A DNA stretch of 32,506 nucleotides from a virus. Lineage: Duplodnaviria > Caudoviricetes. Both the position numbers and the translations under genes were made by a program. The notes under the pieces are model-generated. The model worked only from the letters and a program-made list of their open reading frames with translations. It ran no database searches and was not told the DNA's origin. Shown in pieces: positions 17,583-25,251 of this stretch. Position 1 is the stretch's first letter. Every line of letters begins with the position of its first letter. The stretch is taken from the IMG/VR virus record IMGVR_UViG_3300030334_000097, positions 1-32,506 of that record. The stretch is one strand, 5' to 3'.

Positions 17583-17610
17583 AAAAACCCCGCCGGGTAA
17601 CCGGCAGGGC
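17583..17610 (-). terminator. tR'-like terminator upstream of tRNA and lysis genes
   Basis: GCCCTGCCGG-TTAC-CCGGCGGGGT-TTTTG. Confidence 0.75.
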
Positions 17611-17654
17611 TTCAATGTGGGATGGCTTAAGCGCGTAGCTTGCGCAGCCTACAA

Positions 17655-17686
17655 ACTATACTGCACCTAACACGCCACTTTGGCAA
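17655..17686 (-). promoter_or_regulatory. Candidate late promoter pR'
   Basis: TTGCCA and TATAGT at the expected position, but the spacer is 20 bp (17 bp to CAGTAT). Confidence 0.3.
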
Positions 17687-17691
17687 ACTAT

Positions 17692-18252
17692 TTATGCCGC
17701 GATCACCTCTCCTTGCGCCAGCCATTCCCACAACTGGGTACGTGCCCGCCGCGCCGCATGCTGCATGGCATTAACACTCTCAAAATGCCGTACCCCCTCA
17801 TGCAGCCCCAGGCAGCGCAGCAGCTCCCCCTGACGCTCCACCATTTGCCGCGCTGTTACCATCCACTGGCTAGCGCCCATCTTCTCCGGACGCACTCGGG
17901 CAGCCTGTAGCAGCATCGCAGCGGCTTGGCGCTTGGGCAGCTGATCGAGCAGCACCGCACACGCTTTGTGCCATTGGCTCTCCGGGTGATAACGCATCGC
18001 CGCCAGCATCGCTTGATCACTACGCCCACCGCCCCCAGGCATTTCACCCATGAGCGCCGTCGGGCTGAACGGCTGATAACCTGCGTTCTGGTGCCGGTAG
18101 TCCAGCTGCAGCTCTAGCATGGTATCGATAATCCGCACCACGGCCGCATCCCGCGCTTTCTCGTCGCGTTGAGCTGCTTCAATCACACGCCAAGGGTTGG
18201 CTACCCGTTTCCACTCATCAAATTGCATCACTCTCCCCTTAAGCCGCGTCAT
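17692..18252 (-). CDS. Probable late-gene regulator (Q-like antiterminator by position)
   Basis: Last early-right gene before the terminator, tRNA and lysis genes; LDQLPKRQAAAM sigma4-like segment; ATGA-coupled start at 18252. Confidence 0.5.
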   Translation of the reverse strand: MTRLKGRVMQFDEWKRVANPWRVIEAAQRDEKARDAAVVRIIDTMLELQLDYRHQNAGYQPFSPTALMGEMPGGGGRSDQAMLAAMRYHPESQWHKACAVLLDQLPKRQAAAMLLQAARVRPEKMGASQWMVTARQMVERQGELLRCLGLHEGVRHFESVNAMQHAARRARTQLWEWLAQGEVIAA

Positions 18253-18767
18253 TTTCCCTTTCTCCACTCGGTACCGCTGTTCATCACCTGACGCTGCCCC
18301 ACTACCTGCGTGCGTGGCCAGCTCGCGTACTCCCTTAGCACCGCCTTGGCTTCATCGATACCCAGCGCCAGCACAGCGCAATAGCCCTCATACTCGCTGC
18401 CTTCCAGCCACGTGAATTGGCTATCGCTCAGGTCGGCATCACGCGGCGGGGTTGCCTTAAACTCCAGATAGAGACCGTGCCAGCCCCCTCGCGCTTGACG
18501 CACCGGCAGATCGGACACGCCCGCCTTAACGCCCTGGCGTTTCATTGCGGCCGCTGTCTTAAAACTGCGAACGCCGCCGTTCGGTACGTGATAGATGGCG
18601 TCGTACAGCTCCCCGACCGGCTCACCGCGCATCTTCTCGCCTTGTAGCCAGCGAATTACCACGGCCTGCTCATTACCTTCCCAATCCACCGGCTTTTTAC
18701 GGGGTGTGCCGTCCTGCTTTAGAGCGCGTGGGCGGCGCTTGCTGGCGGGTAGTCCGCGAACGGTCAT
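18249..18767 (-). CDS. VRR-NUC domain nuclease (PD-(D/E)xK)
   Basis: EGNEQ, YHVPNGG, KRQGVKAGVSDL, GLYLEFK, SDSQFTW. Confidence 0.88.
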   Translation of the reverse strand: MTVRGLPASKRRPRALKQDGTPRKKPVDWEGNEQAVVIRWLQGEKMRGEPVGELYDAIYHVPNGGVRSFKTAAAMKRQGVKAGVSDLPVRQARGGWHGLYLEFKATPPRDADLSDSQFTWLEGSEYEGYCAVLALGIDEAKAVLREYASWPRTQVVGQRQVMNSGTEWRKGK

Positions 18768-19024
18768 AGGTCTAGCTCCTGGTTTTTATCCCACACGGAA
18801 AACCGACGGGCGATTTGATGAAGCGAGGCCGCCGCCACTGGGTCAGTGGCTAAGCGCCCCAGGCTTTCCACCTCGCACTGATCCTCAATCCAGCGGCGGG
18901 CGGTGTAGTGGCTGTGTGGCCACCCGCTATCCAGCGCATCGATAGCATCCAGCCATTCACAAAAGCGGTTATCGTCTGCCAACGTCTTGGCGTGGTCCTC
19001 GATGGGGTGTGCGTTCTCGGTCAC
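18764..19024 (-). CDS. Hypothetical protein, paralog of adjacent gene
   Basis: GGAGGG RBS + GTG at 19024 (GTGA overlap). Confidence 0.7.
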   Translation of the reverse strand: MTENAHPIEDHAKTLADDNRFCEWLDAIDALDSGWPHSHYTARRWIEDQCEVESLGRLATDPVAAASLHQIARRFSVWDKNQELDL

Positions 19025-19317
19025 TGCCCCGCCCTCCGTTGGCCGCGTTCCCACTTGCTGTAAGCCGCCAGCACCTTCTCGAACATGGCAGCGGCTTCGG
19101 CGTTATGATCCAGCTCCGCACGGCTTTGAATACCGCACGCTTTGCGCAGCCACCGAGTAGCGCCAGCCAGTTGATGCGTGCCGTTTGGGTACTGTTCAGG
19201 CGTCAACTGGTGCTTAGCGCGCCAGCGGTGATCGAGGTACAGCCAAAAGCGCGGGTTCTGGCATAAGCGGGCGGCGCGGTAGGCGTTCTGGCCGCCCTTC
19301 TGCGTGTTATCGCTCAC
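19021..19317 (-). CDS. Hypothetical phage protein
   Basis: AARLCQNPRF...WLRKACGIQSRAELDHNAEAA; coupled to neighbours. Confidence 0.75.
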   Translation of the reverse strand: MSDNTQKGGQNAYRAARLCQNPRFWLYLDHRWRAKHQLTPEQYPNGTHQLAGATRWLRKACGIQSRAELDHNAEAAAMFEKVLAAYSKWERGQRRAGQ

Positions 19318-19541
19318 CGCTCACCCCCTAACGTCTCAATCAGATCCGGCCGAAAATCGCACCAGTGCTCATCACCCACGGTAACCACCGGCATAGCGCG
19401 ATACCCCAGCGCCTTCACAGCGGAAAGCGCCTCCGGGCTTTGGGTTACGTCAATGACTTGATACGGGATGCCGCGTTTATCCAGGGCGCGCTTAGTGGCG
19501 TAGCACGCCGGGCAGCTGGGTTTTGTGTAGACGATCACCAC
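19314..19541 (-). CDS. nrdH: NrdH-like glutaredoxin-family protein
   Basis: IVYTKPSCPACYATKRALDKRGI...LGYRAMPVV...HWCDFRPDLI. Confidence 0.88.
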   Translation of the reverse strand: MVIVYTKPSCPACYATKRALDKRGIPYQVIDVTQSPEALSAVKALGYRAMPVVTVGDEHWCDFRPDLIETLGGER

Positions 19542-19663
19542 GGCTCGCTCTCCTTCTGGTTATCCGGCCCTTCTTCGCTGCCGCAAAACGCCAACACGGC
19601 AGACGCGACGGCAAGAAACATTCTGGCCAGCACGCCAAACAAGAAAATGATTACGCCGTCCAC
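19535..19663 (-). CDS. 42-aa hydrophobic mini-protein (not in track)
   Basis: GGAGG RBS + GTG; MDGVIIFLFGVLARMFLAVASAVLAFCGSEEGPDNQKESEPW; fills an operon gap. Confidence 0.55.
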   Translation of the reverse strand: MDGVIIFLFGVLARMFLAVASAVLAFCGSEEGPDNQKESEPW

Positions 19664-19806
19664 CGGGCACCTCCTCGTTGCCTACGGCGCAGGCAGTGCT
19701 TGCACGCGGGCAATGGCTCACGCGTGCCGGGGTCGCGGAATTCGCTGGGCGGCTTGCGGTACTGGCATACAGGGCACTTGGGTTGCTCTAAGATCGGGCG
19801 CTTCAT
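19651..19806 (-). CDS. 51-aa zinc-finger mini-protein (not in track)
   Basis: ATGA-coupled; MKRPILEQPKCPVCQYRKPPSEFRDPGTREPLPACKHCLRRRQRGGARWTA. Confidence 0.65.
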   Translation of the reverse strand: MKRPILEQPKCPVCQYRKPPSEFRDPGTREPLPACKHCLRRRQRGGARWTA

Positions 19807-20450
19807 TCGGGTATCTCCCGTGCGTCAAGCAGAGTTAAACAGCCGGTGATAAATGCGCCGGTATCGATATAAATAACGTTACCTAGCGCATGCGGGCGCT
19901 CACGAATGGTGTGCCCCACGACCACTGCGTGAATGTTGGCCACTAGCGAGGCGTCACCGCTCTTAATTCGCTCGCGCCCCCACACCATCTGCTCACGGTT
20001 TGCGTCCTCAACGTCGCGCCAGTCGCATGGCGGCTCTGCGTGAACAACGCCAATACGCGCACCGCTTACCGTCTCCACCTCTCGGGCATAAGGCAGGTGG
20101 CGTAGCGCTTCTCCCAATATTTGCTTCACATCCTGAATGTTTTCACTAAGCGCCCAAGTACCGCCGTTCATCAGCCATAAGTCCCAGTGCTTGCCGCCTT
20201 GCTCCAGAGCGTTGAGCGCCAGCATTTCGTGATTGCCTCGCACGCCGTAGAACCAGGGCTCAAAAGCAAGAGATAAGCACTTGAAGCTATCAATGCCGCG
20301 GTCAATCAAATCGCCCACCGAGAAAAGGCGGTCTGATTCTTTGTTGAATGCCACGCGCGCCAAGCCAGCCATTAGCAAGTCGTACTGCCCATGAATATCA
20401 CCAACGAAGAAATCGCGGCCTTTTGTGTTTACTGAGTGCCTTTCAATCAT
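19803..20450 (-). CDS. Ser/Thr protein phosphatase, lambda NinI-like metallophosphoesterase
   Basis: GDIHG, GDLIDRG, RGNHE, GHT, IDTGA. Confidence 0.93.
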   Translation of the reverse strand: MIERHSVNTKGRDFFVGDIHGQYDLLMAGLARVAFNKESDRLFSVGDLIDRGIDSFKCLSLAFEPWFYGVRGNHEMLALNALEQGGKHWDLWLMNGGTWALSENIQDVKQILGEALRHLPYAREVETVSGARIGVVHAEPPCDWRDVEDANREQMVWGRERIKSGDASLVANIHAVVVGHTIRERPHALGNVIYIDTGAFITGCLTLLDAREIPE

Positions 20451-21027
20451 TGCGAACCCCTAACGCCACCAACTGCTGGGCGGTTTCCATCAACCAATGC
20501 AGATCTCGCCACGCCTCCGGCTCTCCTGCCTCGTGGGCCTGCTTTGCCTGCGCCAGCAGCGTGGCGTTCATAGCAGCGCAGCGGTTGAGCAGGTCGTCAG
20601 GTAGCGGTGCGCCGATGCGCTCTACCGTGGCGCTAAACTCTTGGGCCTCTGCCTCCTGAAACGCCTTGGTTTCGCAATCGTTGCAGGTATGCTCCAGAAA
20701 CCCGATTTCATCGCCGGTTAGCGGCTTACCGCACTCACTGCAGGGTTTGGCCTCCTGCTGCTCTTCCGATGCAATCGCTACTGCCTGAGACGCTACTGCC
20801 CACAACGCCCCTTCCCCCTCACGCGTCGGCAGCCACGCCTCATCCCCAAACACCACCAAGCCGCGCTTTTTGAGGGCCACTAGCACGTCAACGATCCGCG
20901 CTTTTTGCTTGGTATCCTTAACGCTCATGCCCACATGAACGATGGAGGTCTTAGCCCCTCGGCGGGTTTGGCGGTGCTCGTCGCAGATCAGCGCTAACAC
21001 CTGGCGCTCTACGTTACTCAGCGGCAT
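20443..21027 (-). CDS. Hypothetical protein, wHTH-like N-terminus with internal zinc ribbon
   Basis: LSNVERQVLALI...LKKRGLV; CSEC...CNDC; GGAGG RBS before ATG 21027. Confidence 0.65.
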   Translation of the reverse strand: MPLSNVERQVLALICDEHRQTRRGAKTSIVHVGMSVKDTKQKARIVDVLVALKKRGLVVFGDEAWLPTREGEGALWAVASQAVAIASEEQQEAKPCSECGKPLTGDEIGFLEHTCNDCETKAFQEAEAQEFSATVERIGAPLPDDLLNRCAAMNATLLAQAKQAHEAGEPEAWRDLHWLMETAQQLVALGVRND

Positions 21028-21298
21028 GGGTCGCACCTCCGGTCACGTAATAGCTCTCCAGCAACGGCACGGCGGGTAGTTCGCATTCGCCATGCGTCGT
21101 GAGGCGGTAGCCCGTGATTGTGCGAGCCACAAACTGCTGCTCGCATAGCTCGTCACAGGCAACGCGCACTTGATGCAACGACACGGGCAGCTTGTAGGCC
21201 TGCGCCAGCGTAGCGAGGTGCTGGGCATCACAGGAGGCTGAACGCGCCAGCAGGCGTAGGACGATGTTTTGATGGTCGACAGGCTTAAGCGAGGGCAT
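21014..21298 (-). CDS. Hypothetical wHTH-like protein
   Basis: GGAGG RBS before ATG 21298; VRVACDELCEQQFV...GYRLTTHG. Confidence 0.6.
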   Translation of the reverse strand: MPSLKPVDHQNIVLRLLARSASCDAQHLATLAQAYKLPVSLHQVRVACDELCEQQFVARTITGYRLTTHGECELPAVPLLESYYVTGGATHAAE

Positions 21299-21569
21299 CA
21301 GTGGGCACCTCCTGATCTTGGGTTTCTTCCTGCGTCGCGTCCGGGTCGCCGCCGTCGATGCGCATAAGGTCATGAGCCGAAAAGATCGACAGCTTGCTAT
21401 CCGGCTCCTCTGCTATCCATGCCGGGACTAACGTTTCTACCCTTCTTCCAGTGTTCGCTGACTTGTACTGGAAGCCTGGGGCCTTGTGCTCCAGACAGGT
21501 AACAGTAATTCCAGCACCAGGGCCGCTTTTCACATAAGCCAAACACCCCGGCTCAATCGGCTTTTGCAT
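21285..21569 (-). CDS. Hypothetical protein
   Basis: GAGGGGG RBS; overlaps both neighbours. Confidence 0.65.
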   Translation of the reverse strand: MQKPIEPGCLAYVKSGPGAGITVTCLEHKAPGFQYKSANTGRRVETLVPAWIAEEPDSKLSIFSAHDLMRIDGGDPDATQEETQDQEVPTDALA

Positions 21570-21888
21570 GGTCCACCCCCTCAGCCGCCTCTAACGCCAG
21601 CGCCCGGCCCTTCTCAGTCAGCGCCAGCTTTTGGCGAGCGGGCTTGTCTGCCGTCATGCCGCCCACTTCGATGTTGCCACTATCGAGCAGCTCACGGCAG
21701 CGGCCGCACACGCTCGACAGGGGCAGCCCGGTAGCGGTTGCCAGTTCGTTACGCGTCATCGCAATACCACCGCTGACCAACGCCGCGATAATCACGCCTT
21801 GTGAGCTCTTCATGCGGCCGCTTCGGCGATGCTCTTGAAACGCCTCGGCTTTGACTTCATTGCCACTTGGTTGAAATGCGGTATTCAT
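21553..21888 (-). CDS. Winged HTH DNA-binding protein
   Basis: MTRNELATATGLPLSSVCGRCRELLDSGNI. Confidence 0.75.
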   Translation of the reverse strand: MNTAFQPSGNEVKAEAFQEHRRSGRMKSSQGVIIAALVSGGIAMTRNELATATGLPLSSVCGRCRELLDSGNIEVGGMTADKPARQKLALTEKGRALALEAAEGVDHAKAD

Positions 21889-21890
21889 GG

Positions 21891-22628
21891 TTAACGACTC
21901 CCCATTGCAGCCAGCGGCGCGCCAGCTTGTTCAAGTAATTCACGGCGGCGGGCTTCTTCCCGCTCGCGGGCTTCGCGGCGCTCTTCGGCCTTGCGGCTTC
22001 CGGGCTGGTTGATCAGGTCACGTAGGTGGCTAACCACGCGCTTACGCTGGCGCTGGCCTTCCTCGGTGACCGGCTTATCAGGCGGTGGCAGCAGGTGCGC
22101 CACCTTAGGTGCGGGTAGCTTCCCGGCACGCACGGCATCCCCCAGCACGATCTCGCGACGCTGCGGGTCATGGCCGAGCGATACGGTCCACTCAGGCGGG
22201 CGAGCCTCTGCCTTGGCGGTGGCCAGCTCTCGCTCATAGGCAGCGAGAAACGCCATGCGGGCACCAACCTTGTCCGGACGGTCACCGCTCATCACCGGCT
22301 TAGCGGCAGCAAAGGCCCGGGCAATCTCTGGTGTCCACACCACGGTTTCCTGCTCGTCGGTGCTGTGCAGCGCCAGTGCCCACGCTTCATTACCGCTCAA
22401 ATGAGCGTTTGCGCTCGGGATGCGCTCAACGATGGCGGCTAGCGTCAGCTTGCCGTGTAGCTCGGCACGGCAGCGGGCCAACGCGGCACGGATCTCGCTA
22501 AACGGGTACGCGCTCAGGTCGTCGGCCATCAGCACGCCAGCAGAGGCGCGCATTTCATGCCCCAGCACTTCTGCCGTGGCGTAAACAAGCTCCAGTACCT
22601 GATCGTGCTGTTCATCGGTCAGTGGCAT
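21891..22628 (-). CDS. Replication-associated protein (lambda P position, possible helicase loader)
   Basis: Directly after the initiator; function assigned by synteny only. Confidence 0.55.
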   Translation of the reverse strand: MPLTDEQHDQVLELVYATAEVLGHEMRASAGVLMADDLSAYPFSEIRAALARCRAELHGKLTLAAIVERIPSANAHLSGNEAWALALHSTDEQETVVWTPEIARAFAAAKPVMSGDRPDKVGARMAFLAAYERELATAKAEARPPEWTVSLGHDPQRREIVLGDAVRAGKLPAPKVAHLLPPPDKPVTEEGQRQRKRVVSHLRDLINQPGSRKAEERREAREREEARRRELLEQAGAPLAAMGSR

Positions 22629-23626
22629 GAGGAACCCTCCTGTTGAGCACGACGCTGCCGTGCCAAAGCCTTGGCCTGCTCAAGGTTGCTAAGGTTGGAT
22701 TGAGTGCTGTCGACTTGGCGCGCTTGGGCCTGGGTGACCTGAACGCCGGTTGTGCACTGCGTGGCGATCGCTTCGCAGTCAGCGAGCAGCAGCGACACGG
22801 GATGCAGCTTGCTGTGGTAAAACTGGTGATTCATTTGCAGGTAGAACGCCGCCACCTTAGGCGCCAGCGTGGCCCCTACACGGTCGACCAGTTGCGACAT
22901 CTGCCCCGCCGTCTTCTGGTTCCACACAGGCCAAGTGCGATAGCGCGCACGGTAAGCACAGGCGTAATTCGCCCAGGCCTTGAACGTCTTGGCCTTCGGG
23001 TCTTTGGTGCCGGGCATGTCGGCAGGGATGCGCGCCAGCAGGTCATCGGTGGATTCAGCAGGATCGGCTTTCTGGGTTTCCGGTTCGTCAGCGCCCAGGT
23101 AATCCCCCTCAGACGCAGCGGGGCTTGCCCCCGGTGCGAAAGAACTCTTACTGGACCCCTCTAACTGAACCCCTAAACCTGAACCCCTCTCTTCACGGTT
23201 TTCCGAATACCCCTCTTCGACATTTCGAGTAGGGTTCTCCCCGTTTTCCGGATACCCCTCTTCGGGATTCCGAATAGGGTTCTCACTGTTTTCCGAATAC
23301 CCCTGTTCGGTTTTCCGAGTACCTGCGCCAGCCGCGTCAAGCGGGCGCTTCATGAAGATGCGGCGCTCAACAATCTGTTTGCCTTCACGCACCTGCTTAA
23401 CCGTCACCCAGCCCTTTTTCTTGAGCGAGCTGATCACCTCAGAAACGCGGTTAGGCGACAGGCCAAAGAACTCAGCCAACTTCTTGTTTGACTTAAAACA
23501 ACCCTTCTCCGGGTGCTGCAGGCTGTCGATCTCGATCAGCATCACTTTCTCTTGCAGTGATAGCTCACGATTCAGCCAGATCTCGGCGGGTATCCAGACA
23601 CCACGGAAGGCGCGCTCTTCGCTCAT
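22619..23626 (-). CDS. Replication initiator (O-like, N-terminal wHTH)
   Basis: FRGVWIPAEIWLNRELSLQEKVML...CFKSNKKLAEFFGLS; internal iterons. Confidence 0.85.
   Translation of the reverse strand: MSEERAFRGVWIPAEIWLNRELSLQEKVMLIEIDSLQHPEKGCFKSNKKLAEFFGLSPNRVSEVISSLKKKGWVTVKQVREGKQIVERRIFMKRPLDAAGAGTRKTEQGYSENSENPIRNPEEGYPENGENPTRNVEEGYSENREERGSGLGVQLEGSSKSSFAPGASPAASEGDYLGADEPETQKADPAESTDDLLARIPADMPGTKDPKAKTFKAWANYACAYRARYRTWPVWNQKTAGQMSQLVDRVGATLAPKVAAFYLQMNHQFYHSKLHPVSLLLADCEAIATQCTTGVQVTQAQARQVDSTQSNLSNLEQAKALARQRRAQQEGSSCH
23198..23323. repeat. Iteron array / probable replication origin
   Basis: 45-bp period (starts 23198, 23243, 23288), GTTTTCCGAATACCCCTCTTCG..., with TT(C/T)CGA(A/G)TA-like core every ~22 bp (6 copies). 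Confidence 0.85.
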
Positions 23627-23712
23627 ACCCTCACCTCATAAATACCTGTACACACAAACAGACCAGCGCCGTGGGCTGTGCTGTTATGCGTGGCTGCATA
23701 TACTGGAATCAT
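23623..23712 (-). CDS. 29-aa mini-ORF linking cro and initiator (not in track)
   Basis: MIPVYAATHNSTAHGAGLFVCTGIYEVRV; ATGA overlaps at both ends. Confidence 0.4.
   Translation of the reverse strand: MIPVYAATHNSTAHGAGLFVCTGIYEVRV
23646..23661. promoter_or_regulatory. LexA (SOS) box-like site
   Basis: CTGTACACACAAACAG matches CTGT-N8-ACAG. Confidence 0.55.
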
Positions 23713-23939
23713 TGCGGCGCTACCTGCATATCAGCGAACAGGTCAGGCCGAAGCGTGCGACGAGTGAGAGCGCCCCCTGTGGCCTCTTCCAAGCGCTTCG
23801 CCATATCGGCGCTAGGCTGACGGTCGTAAACCAGCACCTGGCGCAGATACTCAGCTGACGTGCCCGCTTTGGTGGCGATGGATTCGCGCTGTACAACCGA
23901 TAGAGATTTCCAGAACTCACGATGCGAGCTTTGGCCCAT
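23709..23939 (-). CDS. cro: Cro-like (YdaS family) repressor
   Basis: IATKAGTSAEYLRQV...RQPSADMAKRLEEATGGALTRRTLRPDLF; divergent from cI. Confidence 0.85.
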   Translation of the reverse strand: MGQSSHREFWKSLSVVQRESIATKAGTSAEYLRQVLVYDRQPSADMAKRLEEATGGALTRRTLRPDLFADMQVAPQ

Positions 23940-23955
23940 GACTGTGCCCTCTTGA

Positions 23956-24020
23956 GTACCAATTTGGTACATAGTAGCCCGCTTTATTTGTACCGTAAAG
24001 GCACTGTACCCATAGAGTAC
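23956..24020. promoter_or_regulatory. OR: three 15-bp operators and pR
   Basis: GTACC-N5-GGTAC consensus at 23956-23970 (perfect), 23990-24004, 24006-24020; minus-strand TTTACG-17 bp-TACTAT (23971-23999). Confidence 0.85.
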
Positions 24021-24022
24021 AA

Positions 24023-24727
24023 ATGGCGTTCAATATGGATATGAAAGAAATTGCCCAGATTCGCCTAGAAAACGCCCGAGATCTTGCCCAACAGGCGGGC
24101 GGCACCACGCCGTTTGCTGTGAGGGTGGATCGTGAGCCAACGCAAATGAGCCGTGTGATGGGATCGAACCCCACCAAGAACATCGGCAGCAGATTGGCGC
24201 GCCACATAGAGTCGTGCTTTGGAAAGCCCACTGGTTGGCTAGATCAGGATCACCAAAACGGCGTCAGGCAAGAGGTGGCAAGCTACGATTCCAATACGCT
24301 GCCTGCTCCCCAGCCCATCCGTTACAACCGCTACCCTGTCATATCCAGCGTCCAGGCAGGCAAGTTTGCAGAGTGCATCGTCCCGTACCCAAGTGGCATG
24401 GAAGATCAGCACGAAACAACCGACTACGACGCCAAGGGGCCAGCTTTCTGGCTAGAAGTGTCTGGCGACTCAATGACCGCCCCAGCAGGCGTAAGGCCTA
24501 GCATCCCAGAGGGAACGCTGGTGTTAGTGGATACCGGGATAGAAGCAACGCCCGGAAAGTTGGTGGTGGCGCAACTGGACGAAAGCAACGAAGCCACCTT
24601 CAAGAAATACATCGTAGAAAGCGGGCAGAAATACCTTAAGCCGCTTAACCCGGCATACCCGCTCATACCGATCAATGGTAACTGCCGCATCATTGGCGTT
24701 GCTGTTGAGGCCAAAACGAAGCTCTAA
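24023..24727 (+). CDS. cI: CI repressor with S24 self-cleaving peptidase domain
   Basis: N-terminal HTH, VQAG cleavage site, FWLEVSGDSM (Ser), EATFKK (Lys); start may be 24035 or 24041. Confidence 0.95.
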   Translation: MAFNMDMKEIAQIRLENARDLAQQAGGTTPFAVRVDREPTQMSRVMGSNPTKNIGSRLARHIESCFGKPTGWLDQDHQNGVRQEVASYDSNTLPAPQPIRYNRYPVISSVQAGKFAECIVPYPSGMEDQHETTDYDAKGPAFWLEVSGDSMTAPAGVRPSIPEGTLVLVDTGIEATPGKLVVAQLDESNEATFKKYIVESGQKYLKPLNPAYPLIPINGNCRIIGVAVEAKTKL

Positions 24728-24747
24728 CCCTCTGTTTATTAAATATT

Positions 24748-24771
24748 ACCGCCTTTAATGGCGGTTTTTTT
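24748..24771 (+). terminator. cI terminator
   Basis: ACCGCC-TTTAAT-GGCGGT-TTTTTT. Confidence 0.85.
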
Positions 24772-24782
24772 ATGCTCACAAT

Positions 24783-24834
24783 GTACCAAATAAGAACAAA
24801 CACCCTTGACTATGTACCTTTAAGGTACTTAAAT
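24783..24834 (+). promoter_or_regulatory. OL: two operators and pL
   Basis: GTACCAAATAAGAAC (24783-24797), GTACCTTTAAGGTAC (24814-24828) in the spacer after -35 TTGACT (24806-24811). Confidence 0.8.
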
Positions 24835-24864
24835 GGGTTCAACGGAACACGTAAGGGGAAAGCA

Positions 24865-25251
24865 ATGCAAATCACACAAGGCAACTGGCAAGCGACCATC
24901 AACCCAGAGCGCGGCAGCTTAGGCCTTACCCGCACCCAAGCGGTTGACCTCATGCTGCTGGCGGCGGGCAACACCTATAAAGAGATTGCCAAGGCCACCG
25001 GGCGCTCACCAGAAACCGTTCACGGCAGCCTCAAGAAGGCCTACCACAAGCTGAGCGTTTACAAAGCCGCTGGCGCCGTCGCCGAGGCCATGCGCCGTGG
25101 CTGGATCGCCCCGCTACTGGTCGCGCTCATGATCAGCTGCATCAACAGCGACGCCGACGCCCTGCGTCACCGCCAGCCCGCCCGCCACCGTCAACAAATC
25201 AGCGCCAGCCGCACCCAGGCAGGACGAAACATTGAGGGCTCGATCGTATGA
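24865..25251 (+). CDS. LuxR/GerE-type HTH regulator
   Basis: LTRTQ..LMLLAAGNTYKEIAKATGRSPETV...AYHKLSV...AVAEAMRRGWI; AAGGGG RBS before ATG 24865. Confidence 0.85.
   Translation: MQITQGNWQATINPERGSLGLTRTQAVDLMLLAAGNTYKEIAKATGRSPETVHGSLKKAYHKLSVYKAAGAVAEAMRRGWIAPLLVALMISCINSDADALRHRQPARHRQQISASRTQAGRNIEGSIV

Noticed and set aside
23198-23323. CRISPR-like array
   Set aside because: Tandem degenerate repeats without unique spacers, inside a coding gene, and no cas genes; these are iterons
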